This document shows positions 55,950 to 64,000 of a DNA stretch of 64,000 bases, in pieces. The notes under the pieces are model-generated. The model was not told the origin of the DNA. It saw only the letters and a program-made list of their open reading frames with translations, and did no database searches. Position numbers and translations under genes: made by a program. The stretch covers positions 46,654 through 110,653 of the forward strand of contig JAXDQU010000021.1 in NCBI GenBank assembly GCA_034667685.1. Direction: 5' to 3'. This DNA comes from Thermoplasmata archaeon. GTDB taxonomy: Archaea; Thermoplasmatota; SW-10-69-26; JACQPN01; JAJPHT01. Positions within the stretch are counted from its first letter, which is position 1. Each line of letters begins with the position of its first letter.

Positions 55950-57677
55950 TCAGCGCGCCCCGCGCGTCTCTTCGCCCGGCCCGCGCGCGAGGTGCAGCTC
56001 GAACGCGCTGACGGGGTGCGAGAGGCCGAAGGCGTCTAGCACGGCGGGGTGGATCTCGCCGAAGACGCCGCGTTCGGGGATGCCGGCGCAGCGTCCTTCG
56101 ACGAAGGCGGGGTCGTCGACCTTCTCGATGGTGAGGTTCCACTTGAGGTCGCGGGCGAGGGCTTGGACGATGCCTTTCATCTCGCTGAAGTTGGAGCGGC
56201 CTTGGATCAGGACGCCGGCGATGCGGCGTTCGTTGACGATTCGGCCGAACTCGCGTTCGGCCTCTCCGGCGGGGCCCTCCCGGCTGGTGCCGGGCCCTTC
56301 CCGCCGGACGTGGCCGTGGGCGTCGACGTGCGTGACCATGCCGACCTCGAAGAGGCGTTGGGGGAGGTCGCGGTGGGCGTTCTTCTTGAGGATCTCCAGG
56401 AGCGAGGGCAGGAGCGCGACGCGCAGCATGGTGAAGTCCTCGGTGGCGGGGTTCTTCACGTCGACGTGGCGCGTGGGCGGGCGGCGCATCTGCTCGTACT
56501 GGGCGCGCGGGTTGGAGAGGGTGAGGCTGAGCGTCTCGAGGAAGCCGAGTCCGGTGAGGCTGGTGCGGGCGCGCTCGCTGGTCTCGCTTTCGGGGAGCTG
56601 GGCGCCGGCGGTGACGCTGCGCAGCGGGAGGGGGGCGAAGGCGTTGATGCCGTGGCCGATGGCGACGTCTTCCATGAGGTCGGCGGGGTGGAGGACGTCG
56701 GCGCGGTAGGCGGGGACTTCGACGTGGACGCGCTCGGGGTCGAGGGGGCGGGCGCCGTGGCCGAGGCGTTCGAGGCGGGTGGCGACGCCGGCCGCGTCGA
56801 GGTCGGTGCCCAGGCGGCGGTTGGTGGCGGCGACGGAGAGCTCGCGCGTCTCGGGCGTGAGGTCGGGCGTGGCGCGGGCGCCTTGGTGGGTCTGGATCTC
56901 GACGCTTTCGATGTGGCCGCCGGCTTCGGCGAGGGCGGTGACGATCATGTTGAGCGCGCGCTCGACGGCCCAGCGGTCGGTGCCGGTGACGTCGACGAAG
57001 ACGTCGTGGGTCGCGGTCGTGACGGCCGTGCGCTGGGCGTTGATGAGCGGGGGGAGCGAGACGACGCCGTCCTTCGCGTCGAGGATGATGGGGACGTGGA
57101 GGTGCCCTTCGAGGAGGTGGGCGTAGGCCTTGCCCTTCTCGTGGTCGGCGAGGATCTGGCGCGGCGTCATCTCGCGCGGGTCGGCCAAGGGCACGAAGCG
57201 GATCGCGTCGAGGGCGACCGTCTGATAGCGGAAGGGGGGCGCGAGGGGCTTGGCGTCGTGGATGCCGATGGCGACGCGGCGGCGGCGGGCGCCCAGGCCC
57301 CAGTGGAGGTCCTCCTGGAGGTCGATGAGGGCGTCGAGGCGCGCCTGCGTGATGGTGACGCCGCGCACGAAGGCGGCGACGATGTGCGGGCGCACCTTCT
57401 CGACCGAGGGATCGACGCGGACGCTCTGCGTGCCCTTGCGGACCTCGTAGCGCCTCAGGCCGGGCTCGACGCCGTACCAGGCGCGCAGCGCGCGGGCGAT
57501 GCCTTCGACGGTGTAGAGGTCGGGGCGGTTGGGGAAGAACTCGACGGCCCACGTCTCGCCGGTGGCGTCCTCGACGTCGGCGCCCAGGAGCGGGATGGTC
57601 TTCGCCAGCTCAGGGCGCGGCACGGGCTTGCGCAGGAGGCGCTCGAGCTCCGCGATGTCGAACCGGATGACGGGCAC
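55950..57677 (-). CDS. pheT: phenylalanine--tRNA ligase beta subunit (archaeal type)
   Basis: PNRPDL, LQEDLH..G.RRRRVAIGIHD, SLPPLIN, YRADVLH..DL.ED.AI, GEIHP. Confidence 0.95.
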   Translation of the reverse strand: MPVIRFDIAELERLLRKPVPRPELAKTIPLLGADVEDATGETWAVEFFPNRPDLYTVEGIARALRAWYGVEPGLRRYEVRKGTQSVRVDPSVEKVRPHIVAAFVRGVTITQARLDALIDLQEDLHWGLGARRRRVAIGIHDAKPLAPPFRYQTVALDAIRFVPLADPREMTPRQILADHEKGKAYAHLLEGHLHVPIILDAKDGVVSLPPLINAQRTAVTTATHDVFVDVTGTDRWAVERALNMIVTALAEAGGHIESVEIQTHQGARATPDLTPETRELSVAATNRRLGTDLDAAGVATRLERLGHGARPLDPERVHVEVPAYRADVLHPADLMEDVAIGHGINAFAPLPLRSVTAGAQLPESETSERARTSLTGLGFLETLSLTLSNPRAQYEQMRRPPTRHVDVKNPATEDFTMLRVALLPSLLEILKKNAHRDLPQRLFEVGMVTHVDAHGHVRREGPGTSREGPAGEAEREFGRIVNERRIAGVLIQGRSNFSEMKGIVQALARDLKWNLTIEKVDDPAFVEGRCAGIPERGVFGEIHPAVLDAFGLSHPVSAFELHLARGPGEETRGAR

Positions 57678-57805
57678 GCGAGCGGGACGTGGGAAAGCGG
57701 CCATAAGGGTTGGGTCATGGGTTGCGCCTGACATCTGCGGGGCGCTCGCCAGCCGAGGCGACACCGGGATGCATGCCACGCGGCGTTGCGGGGCCGGTGC
57801 CCGAC

Positions 57806-58291
57806 ATGGCGACCCCGACCTTCGACCCGACCCGCTACGTGAAGGACTTCGAGACGGCGTGGAACGCCAAGGACCTCGACGGCGCGGTGAAGCACCACGC
57901 CGACAACGTCGAGCAGCAGGACCCGCTCGGCGGGCAGCCGATCCACGGCAAGGACAAGGCCCGCGAGAACGCGCGCGGGTGGTTCGACGCATTCAGCGAG
58001 ATGGAGATGCGCGTCGTCCAGAGCGCCGTGCAGGAGCGCCAGGCGGCCGTGCTCTACGAGTGCAAGGGGCGCCACACGGGCGACCTCCGGATCGGCGGGG
58101 GCGAGACGATCCCCGCGACGAACAAGCGCGTCACCGTCCTGGTCTCCGAGTTCCTGACGCTGGGGTCCGACGGCAAGATCACGAAGGACCTCGTGCTGCT
58201 CGACAGCGGCAAGATGCTCCAGCAGCTCGGCGTGATTCCGACGCCCGGCTCCGCGCAGCGGCAGGTGGGCAAGGGCGTCCCCCAGCGCTGA
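57806..58291 (+). CDS. SnoaL-like ester cyclase / NTF2-like protein
   Basis: AWNAKDLD, AFSEM, GRHTG, PATNKRV, GKI..D. Confidence 0.88.
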   Translation: MATPTFDPTRYVKDFETAWNAKDLDGAVKHHADNVEQQDPLGGQPIHGKDKARENARGWFDAFSEMEMRVVQSAVQERQAAVLYECKGRHTGDLRIGGGETIPATNKRVTVLVSEFLTLGSDGKITKDLVLLDSGKMLQQLGVIPTPGSAQRQVGKGVPQR

Positions 58292-58336
58292 GGGCCGCGC
58301 CAAGCCCTTATGCGGTCCAAGCCGGGATCGCCCTTC

Positions 58337-59593
58337 GTGACGTCCCGGCTGCCCGGGTTCCACAAGCTCAGCGCCAAGGAGAGGCGTGCCCTCGTCGCGC
58401 GCGAGACCGGCCTCGCGGAGGCGGACCTCGCGGCGCTCGACGATCCGCTGCCGCACGCGCTGCGTGACGGGCTCGTCGAGAACGCCGTGGGCGCGATCGG
58501 CATCCCCATCGGCGTGGCGACCAACTTCGTCGTCAACGGGCGCGACGTGCTCGTGCCCATGGCGATCGAGGAGAGCAGCGTCGTCGCGGCGGCGAGCCAC
58601 GGCGCGAAGATCGCCCGCAAGCGCGGCGGGTTCACGGCGCGCGCCACGGCGCCCATCATGACGGCGCAGGTGCAGCTCGTCGACGTGCCCGACTTCGCGC
58701 TGGCGCAGCGCAACCTCTACGCCACCGCGGGCACGCTCGCGGAGCTGGCGCGCGGCGCGACCGGCTCGCTGGAGGCGCGCGGCGGAGGCTATCGCGGCTT
58801 CCACGTGCGCAGCGTGGACACGGCCGCGGGCAAATGCCTCGTGGTGCATCTCCTGGTTGACGTGCGCGACGCGATGGGCGCCAACGCGGTCAACGGCGTG
58901 GCGGAGGCGTGCGCGGACCACCTCGCGCAGGTCACGGGCGGCCGGCCGCTGCTGCGCATCCTGACGAACCTCGCCGACGAGCGCACCGTGCGCGCGCAGG
59001 CCGTCTTCGACGTCGACGAGCTGGGCGGTCCCGACGTGGCCGCGGACGTCGTGCGCGCGTGGGCGTTCGCCGACGCCGATCCGTACCGCGCCGCTACCCA
59101 CAACAAGGGCGTCATGAACGGCGTCGACGCGGTCGCGCTCGCGACGGGCAACGACTGGCGCGCGGTGGAGGCGGGCGCGCACGCCTGGGCTGCCCGCACG
59201 GGCCGCTACCGCTCGCTGACGCGCTACTGGATCGGCGAGGACGGGCACCTGCACGGCGAGATCGAGCTCCCGCTCGCGCTCGGCACGGTGGGCGGCGTGA
59301 CCCGGCTGCACCCGGCCGCGCAGGCCGCGCTGAAGATCCTGGGCGTCAAGTCCGCCGGCGAATTGGCGGAGGTCGCGGCGTCGGTGGGCCTCGCACAGAA
59401 CCTCGCCGCCCTGCGCGCGCTCGCGGCCGAGGGCATCCAGCGCGGCCACATGCGGCTCCACGCGTTCAACCTCGCGATGCAGGCCGGCGTCCCCGCCGCG
59501 CGGATCGACGAGGTCGTCGCCGCGATGCTGGCCGAGGGCGAGCCGAGCGTGAGGAAAGCGGCCGAGGTGTGGGCGCGGCTTTCGGGGCGGTGA
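58337..59593 (+). CDS. mvaA: HMG-CoA reductase, class II
   Basis: ENAVG, EESSVVAA, DAMGANAVN, RAATHNKG.MNG, EGIQRGHM.LH. Confidence 0.95.
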   Translation: MTSRLPGFHKLSAKERRALVARETGLAEADLAALDDPLPHALRDGLVENAVGAIGIPIGVATNFVVNGRDVLVPMAIEESSVVAAASHGAKIARKRGGFTARATAPIMTAQVQLVDVPDFALAQRNLYATAGTLAELARGATGSLEARGGGYRGFHVRSVDTAAGKCLVVHLLVDVRDAMGANAVNGVAEACADHLAQVTGGRPLLRILTNLADERTVRAQAVFDVDELGGPDVAADVVRAWAFADADPYRAATHNKGVMNGVDAVALATGNDWRAVEAGAHAWAARTGRYRSLTRYWIGEDGHLHGEIELPLALGTVGGVTRLHPAAQAALKILGVKSAGELAEVAASVGLAQNLAALRALAAEGIQRGHMRLHAFNLAMQAGVPAARIDEVVAAMLAEGEPSVRKAAEVWARLSGR

Positions 59594-59634
59594 GCCCAAC
59601 AGCGTTTTGCACGCGACCGTGGTCCCCGGTGCGA

Positions 59635-59997
59635 ATGCAGCGCGCGATCCCGCTCCTCCTGCTCCTGACCGCCTTCGTCTTCCCGACCGCGGCCGCGACG
59701 CCGCCCACGCCGTGCAACGACGACAACGGCGACCTCATCCTCCTGGAGCTGCGCCCCGTGATCGACGCGGTCGCGATCGACACGGGCATCACGAGCGGCG
59801 CGCAGGCGGTGTGCGTCAACGACGTGAGCGTCGTCTCGCAGACCGTCGTCTCCACGGGCGCGTTCACGGGCGTCACCGAGACCATCTCGACCTGCCAGGA
59901 CCGCGACTGCCAGATGGCGCTCGACACGACGGGCGCCGCGATCGGGCCGGGCACGACGCTCTACGTGTGGGTCGATGGGGCGCAGGTGCTGCCCTAG
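59635..59997 (+). CDS. small secreted Cys-containing protein
   Basis: Signal peptide MQRAIPLLLLL..AAA; 4 Cys. Confidence 0.6.
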   Translation: MQRAIPLLLLLTAFVFPTAAATPPTPCNDDNGDLILLELRPVIDAVAIDTGITSGAQAVCVNDVSVVSQTVVSTGAFTGVTETISTCQDRDCQMALDTTGAAIGPGTTLYVWVDGAQVLP

Positions 59998-60650
59998 GGC
60001 TTCTGGAAGCCCCGGATGAACGCCACGCTGTGCGCCCATGCGTCGTTCGCGGCCTTCTCGTCGTACGACTTCACGCCGCTGAAGGGCGACGTGATCCAGT
60101 CGGGGCGGTGGAAGGGGTGCACGACGGCCGGGTAGAGCTCGACGTGGACGCGCTTCTTCTGCTCGTCCAGCTTGGGCAGGAGCTGCGCGTAGGCCCACGG
60201 GTTGATGCGGTCGTCCTCCGAGGCGAGGATCAGGAGCAGCGGGCCCTTCAGGTGCGCGACGTCGTTCACGTCGTTGATCATGCCGTACCAGTCGATGCAG
60301 AACGCGTAGTCCGCATGGCAGGCGCCGTGGAGCGCGATGCCGCCGCCCATGCAGAAGCCCATGCTGCCGACGATCGCGTTCGGGCCGATCTCGGCCTTCA
60401 GCCTCTCGTGGGCGAAGCGCATCGCCTGGGTGAGGTCCTCGGTCGTCAGCTTCTGGCGCAGCGCCATGCCTTCCTGGAGGTCCTTGGCCTGGTGGCCGCG
60501 GAACATGTCGATCGCGGCGACCCAGAAGCCCTCCTGCTGGAGCCTGTCGGCGAAGCTGAGGTTGACCGGATCGAGGCCCGTGATATCATGCACGAGCACC
60601 ACGCCCACGTTCGTGCGGCCCTTCTTGACGACGATCGGCCAGTCGCTCAT
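59994..60650 (-). CDS. dienelactone hydrolase family protein
   Basis: HDITG, GFCMGG, D, HPF. Confidence 0.92.
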   Translation of the reverse strand: MSDWPIVVKKGRTNVGVVLVHDITGLDPVNLSFADRLQQEGFWVAAIDMFRGHQAKDLQEGMALRQKLTTEDLTQAMRFAHERLKAEIGPNAIVGSMGFCMGGGIALHGACHADYAFCIDWYGMINDVNDVAHLKGPLLLILASEDDRINPWAYAQLLPKLDEQKKRVHVELYPAVVHPFHRPDWITSPFSGVKSYDEKAANDAWAHSVAFIRGFQKP

Positions 60651-60689
60651 CGGCGGCGCGAATCGCCCGCCGCGGGATAGCGGTTTTCC

Positions 60690-61418
60690 CTATTCGAGGC
60701 GCCGGAGGATCGCGGGCAGGTCGATGAGGTGCTCGGCGACGGCGTCCGCTTCTGGCGGGGCGGGGGCGCGCGGCGCCTCGCGCGGGTAGGGCGTCCAGAC
60801 GGCGCGCAGCCCGGCCTCCTTCGCGCCGCGCACGTCGGCGTCCACGTCGTTGCCCACCATGACGGCCTCGTGGGGCGCCACGCCCAGCGCGTCGGTGGCG
60901 GCGCGGAAGATGCGCGGGTGCGGCTTGAGCACGCCCACCTCGCCCGAGACGACGACGGCGTCGAAGCTGGGCAGCAGGTCGAGCCGCGCCAGCGCCTCGC
61001 GCAGCACGCCGCCGTGGTTGTAGTTGGAGACGAGCGCGAGGCGATAGCCGTCGGCCCTGAGGTCGGGCAGCACCTTGGCGGCCTGGTCGTAGGCGTGCAC
61101 GAGCGCCTGCTGGAAGCGGTGATAGCGTTCGCTGGCGACGGGGCCCCACGGCTCGGCCTCGGCGGGCGGGACGCCGCATCGCACCAGCGCGTGGCGGAAG
61201 CGCGCGGGGAAGTCGAACTCGCGCCAGCCGCCGTCCAGCGCCGCGTGCTGGTCCGCGCGCGCGGCCTCGTACGCGGCCAGGAACTGCGGGAGCGGGACGT
61301 GACGGCCGGTCCAGGTGCCGTGGACGACCGCGAGGCATTCGGGGCGCAGCGCCTCCCAGCCGGGCTCCGGGTGCACGATGGTGCCGAAGGCGTCGAAGAT
61401 CACGGCGCGCGGACGCAC
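60690..61418 (-). CDS. HAD family hydrolase
   Basis: IFDAFGT, VSN, KPHPRIF, VGNDVDADV.GA..AG. Confidence 0.9.
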   Translation of the reverse strand: MRPRAVIFDAFGTIVHPEPGWEALRPECLAVVHGTWTGRHVPLPQFLAAYEAARADQHAALDGGWREFDFPARFRHALVRCGVPPAEAEPWGPVASERYHRFQQALVHAYDQAAKVLPDLRADGYRLALVSNYNHGGVLREALARLDLLPSFDAVVVSGEVGVLKPHPRIFRAATDALGVAPHEAVMVGNDVDADVRGAKEAGLRAVWTPYPREAPRAPAPPEADAVAEHLIDLPAILRRLE

Positions 61419-61476
61419 GCTCCGGGCATGGCGCTCATGCCGCAAAAGCGATCCGCGTCCCGCACGCTCGACGCGC

Positions 61477-62148
61477 GTGGCGATCCCTCGCGGGGGCAAG
61501 GCGCGCGGTCCGGCGGCGCTCGCCCGCCTGGAGCGCGAGTACGGGCCGCGCTACAGCTTCCTCGACCACGGCTCGGACTTCCAGCTGCTCGTGGCGGTGA
61601 TCCTCTCGGCGCAGACGCCCGACGCGCTCGTCAACAAGGTCACGCCCGCGTTGTTCAAGCGGTGGCCGACGCCGCAGAAGCTCGCGAAGGCCGACCCCGA
61701 CGACGTGCTCGCCGCGATCCGGCGCGTGAACTTCTCCCACGGCAAGTCCCAGCGCATCGTCGCGTGCGCGCAGAAGCTCCTCGACGAGTTCGGCGGCCAG
61801 GTCCCGCGCGACCTCGACGCCCTCACGAGCTTGCCGGGTGTGGGCCGCAAGACCGCCAACGTCGTGCAGGGCCACCTCTTCGGCGCTTCCACCGGCGTGG
61901 GCGTCGACACGCACGTCAAGCGCGTCAGCTTCCGCCTCGGCCTCACGGACCAGACCGAGCCCGAGGACGTGGAGCGCGACCTCAACCGCGTCTTCGCGCC
62001 CGCCGACTACCCGGACGTCAACTTCTGCCTCATCGCGCACGGCCGCGCCATCTGCCGCGCGCCGCGCCCCAAGTGTCCCGACTGCCTCCTCGCGGACCTC
62101 TGCCCCAAGAAAGGCGTAAATCCCAAGGACGTCGTGCGCGCGGCGTGA
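61477..62148 (+). CDS. nth: endonuclease III, paralog 1
   Basis: LSAQ, HhH LPGVGRKTANVV, VDTHV, [4Fe-4S] motif C-X6-C-X2-C-X5-C. Confidence 0.9.
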   Translation: MAIPRGGKARGPAALARLEREYGPRYSFLDHGSDFQLLVAVILSAQTPDALVNKVTPALFKRWPTPQKLAKADPDDVLAAIRRVNFSHGKSQRIVACAQKLLDEFGGQVPRDLDALTSLPGVGRKTANVVQGHLFGASTGVGVDTHVKRVSFRLGLTDQTEPEDVERDLNRVFAPADYPDVNFCLIAHGRAICRAPRPKCPDCLLADLCPKKGVNPKDVVRAA

Positions 62149-62792
62149 GCCTGCCCGCGGGAGCGAAGCTGCGCGCGCCGGAGGCCCTCGCGCGCATGGA
62201 GCGGGCGCACGAGCCGCGCTACTGCTTCCTCGACCACGAGAGCCCGTTCCAGCTGCTCATCGCGGTGATCCTCAGCGCGCAGTGCACCGACGCGATGGTG
62301 AACAAGGTCACGCCCGACCTCTTCGCGCGCTGGCCCGACCCGGCCTCGCTCGCCGACGCGCCGCGCGTCGAGGTCGAGCGCGTGATCTACCGCACGGGCT
62401 TCTACCGCGCGAAGGCGAAGAACGTCCAGGCGTGCGCCCGCATGCTCGTCGATCGCTTCGGCGGCGAGGTCCCGCGCGGCATGGCCGACCTCACGAGCTT
62501 GCCGGGTGTCGCGCGCAAGACGGCCAACGTCGTGCAAGGCAACGTCTGGGGCCGGAGCGAAGGCGTCTGCGTCGACACGCACGTGGGCCGCATCGCGCGC
62601 CGCCTCGGCCTCACCCGCGCGCAGGACCCCGAGGGCGTCGAGGAGGACCTCGCGCGCCTCTACCCCGAGGAGAAGTGGGTCGAGGTCCCCTACCACTTCA
62701 TCCAGCTGGGCCGAAGCTTCTGCGACGCGAAGAGGCCGCGCTGCGCCGAATGCTATCTTGCCGACCTCTGCCCCAAGCGGGGCGTCGCCTGA
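62145..62792 (+). CDS. nth: endonuclease III, paralog 2
   Basis: LSAQCTD, TGFYRAKA, LPGVARKTANVV, VDTHV, and the FeS cluster motif. Confidence 0.92.
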   Translation: MSLPAGAKLRAPEALARMERAHEPRYCFLDHESPFQLLIAVILSAQCTDAMVNKVTPDLFARWPDPASLADAPRVEVERVIYRTGFYRAKAKNVQACARMLVDRFGGEVPRGMADLTSLPGVARKTANVVQGNVWGRSEGVCVDTHVGRIARRLGLTRAQDPEGVEEDLARLYPEEKWVEVPYHFIQLGRSFCDAKRPRCAECYLADLCPKRGVA

Positions 62793-63361
62793 TGTACCGC
62801 GGAAGGCCCGGCGTCAGCCCCACGCTCGCCGCGCTCCTCGCGCTGGACGAGGTGCGCCCCACGGACCGCGTGCTGGAGGTGGGCTGCGGCGACGCGCGCG
62901 AGCTTGCCCTCCTCGCCGAGTGGGGCTTCCGCTCGCTCACGGGCGTCGAGCGCGACCGCGAGGAGCTGCGGCGCGCCCGCCTGCGCGTCACCAAGCGGGG
63001 CCTCGCATCGCGCGTGCGCCTCCTCGAAGGCGAAGCCGCCGACCTCGACGGCGTCCTCGGGCGCGAGACGTTCGACGTCGCGCTCGACAACCTGCTGCTC
63101 AACAACCTCGCGGAGGGCGAAGAGGACGCGTACGTCCGCGGCGTGGCGCGCCACCTGCGGAAGGGCGGCCTCTTCGTCGTCCACTGCCGCATCGACGCGC
63201 AGAGCGAGAACCGGCCGCCCGGCGCCATGCGCCCGCCCGAAGGCCTCGCCAGGCGCTTCCGCGTCGGCCCTTCGATCCAGACGCACCTGCCCGAGCTTCG
63301 CCAGGCGTCGAACCGGCGCGACTACGCCCTCGTCGCCACGTGGATCGGACGGCGACGATGA
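62792..63361 (+). CDS. class I SAM-dependent methyltransferase
   Basis: VLEVGCG, GVE, FDV, L..GG. Confidence 0.85.
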   Translation: MYRGRPGVSPTLAALLALDEVRPTDRVLEVGCGDARELALLAEWGFRSLTGVERDREELRRARLRVTKRGLASRVRLLEGEAADLDGVLGRETFDVALDNLLLNNLAEGEEDAYVRGVARHLRKGGLFVVHCRIDAQSENRPPGAMRPPEGLARRFRVGPSIQTHLPELRQASNRRDYALVATWIGRRR

Positions 63362-63960
63362 CGGGCATCGACGGCTGCCCCGGCGGCTGGATCGCGGTCT
63401 CCAAGGGGCGCTGCGTCGTGGGCGACCTTGCCACCGTGCTCCGCGGCGCGCCGCGGCCCGTCCTGATCGACATGCCCATCGGCCTCGCGGAGGGAGACCG
63501 CCCGTGCGACAAGGCGGCGCGCAAGCTCCTCGGGCCGCGCCGCGCCAGCGTCTTCGCGCCCCCCGCCCGCCGCGCGCTGGATGCCACGGCCTGGTCGCCC
63601 GCGCTGGGCATCTCCAAGCAATGCTATCACCTGCTGCCGCGTATCCGCGAGGTGGACGCCTGGATCACGCCCGCCCGCCAGCGGCGCGTCCGCGAGGCGC
63701 ACCCCGAGCTGGCGTTCGCGCGGATGGGCGGCGGCCCGATGCGCCACGCCAAACGCACGCCCGAAGGCCTGCGCGAACGGGACCGCGCCCTGCGCCTCGC
63801 GGACGCGCCGATCCCCGAGCGCCCCTCCGGCACGCGCCGCGACGACCTCCTCGACGCCTGCGCGCTCGCATGGAGCGCGGACCGCCTGGCGCGCGGCGAG
63901 GCGCTCGTGCTGGGCGGCGAGCGCGACGCGAGGGGGCTGCGCATGGAGATCGTGGCTTAG
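63358..63960 (+). CDS. DUF429 family predicted RNase H-fold nuclease
   Basis: GIDGCPGGW, IDMPIGL, R.CD..AR, E.HPEL.F, DDLLDA. Confidence 0.88.
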   Translation: MTGIDGCPGGWIAVSKGRCVVGDLATVLRGAPRPVLIDMPIGLAEGDRPCDKAARKLLGPRRASVFAPPARRALDATAWSPALGISKQCYHLLPRIREVDAWITPARQRRVREAHPELAFARMGGGPMRHAKRTPEGLRERDRALRLADAPIPERPSGTRRDDLLDACALAWSADRLARGEALVLGGERDARGLRMEIVA

Positions 63961-64000
63961 GGGCATCTGAACGCGCACCTGTGCCTGGGCACAGGTGCGC
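63961..64000. repeat. hairpin element, family I (truncated by window edge)
   Basis: GGGCATCTGAACGCGCACCTG..CAGGTGCGC matches the 44862 copy. Confidence 0.75.

Noticed and set aside
1204-60588. GATATC as a simple EcoRV-type restriction site signal
   Set aside because: Restriction usually depletes sites; here they are enriched, have conserved T/A flanks and include a GATAGC variant

Overview
64 kb of core chromosome from a very GC-rich (roughly 70% by eye) archaeon, most likely Thermoplasmatota. Evidence: AglB, NAC, PGF-CTERM-type sorting signals, CCA-less tRNA genes, TATA boxes about 25-30 nt upstream of start codons, class II HMG-CoA reductase, and non-acidic proteins, which argue against a haloarchaeon. 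The window holds about 60 genes: citrate synthase, uvrC facing a RadA-like/small-protein/PolB2 cassette, pyrC, asnS, aglB, secreted proteases, cupredoxins, an MNT-HEPN toxin-antitoxin pair, a surface-protein operon, nnr, nac, tRNA-Ile2(CAT), tRNA-Val(CAC), an ABC1 kinase with phasin-like neighbours, pheT, HMG-CoA reductase and two tandem endonuclease III genes. Signals the gene list does not explain: (1) an AT-rich octamer, TGATATCA/TGATAGCA, recurs about every 2 kb in several reading frames and forces rare codons. (2) At least nine families of palindromic elements, most built from short tandem units and often carrying GNA-triloop mini-hairpins; some are nested and some are translated inside genes. 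(3) Both tRNA genes have an adjacent partial copy interrupted by hairpins. No CRISPR array, integrase or transposase was seen. All calls come from reading the sequence; no database searches were run.
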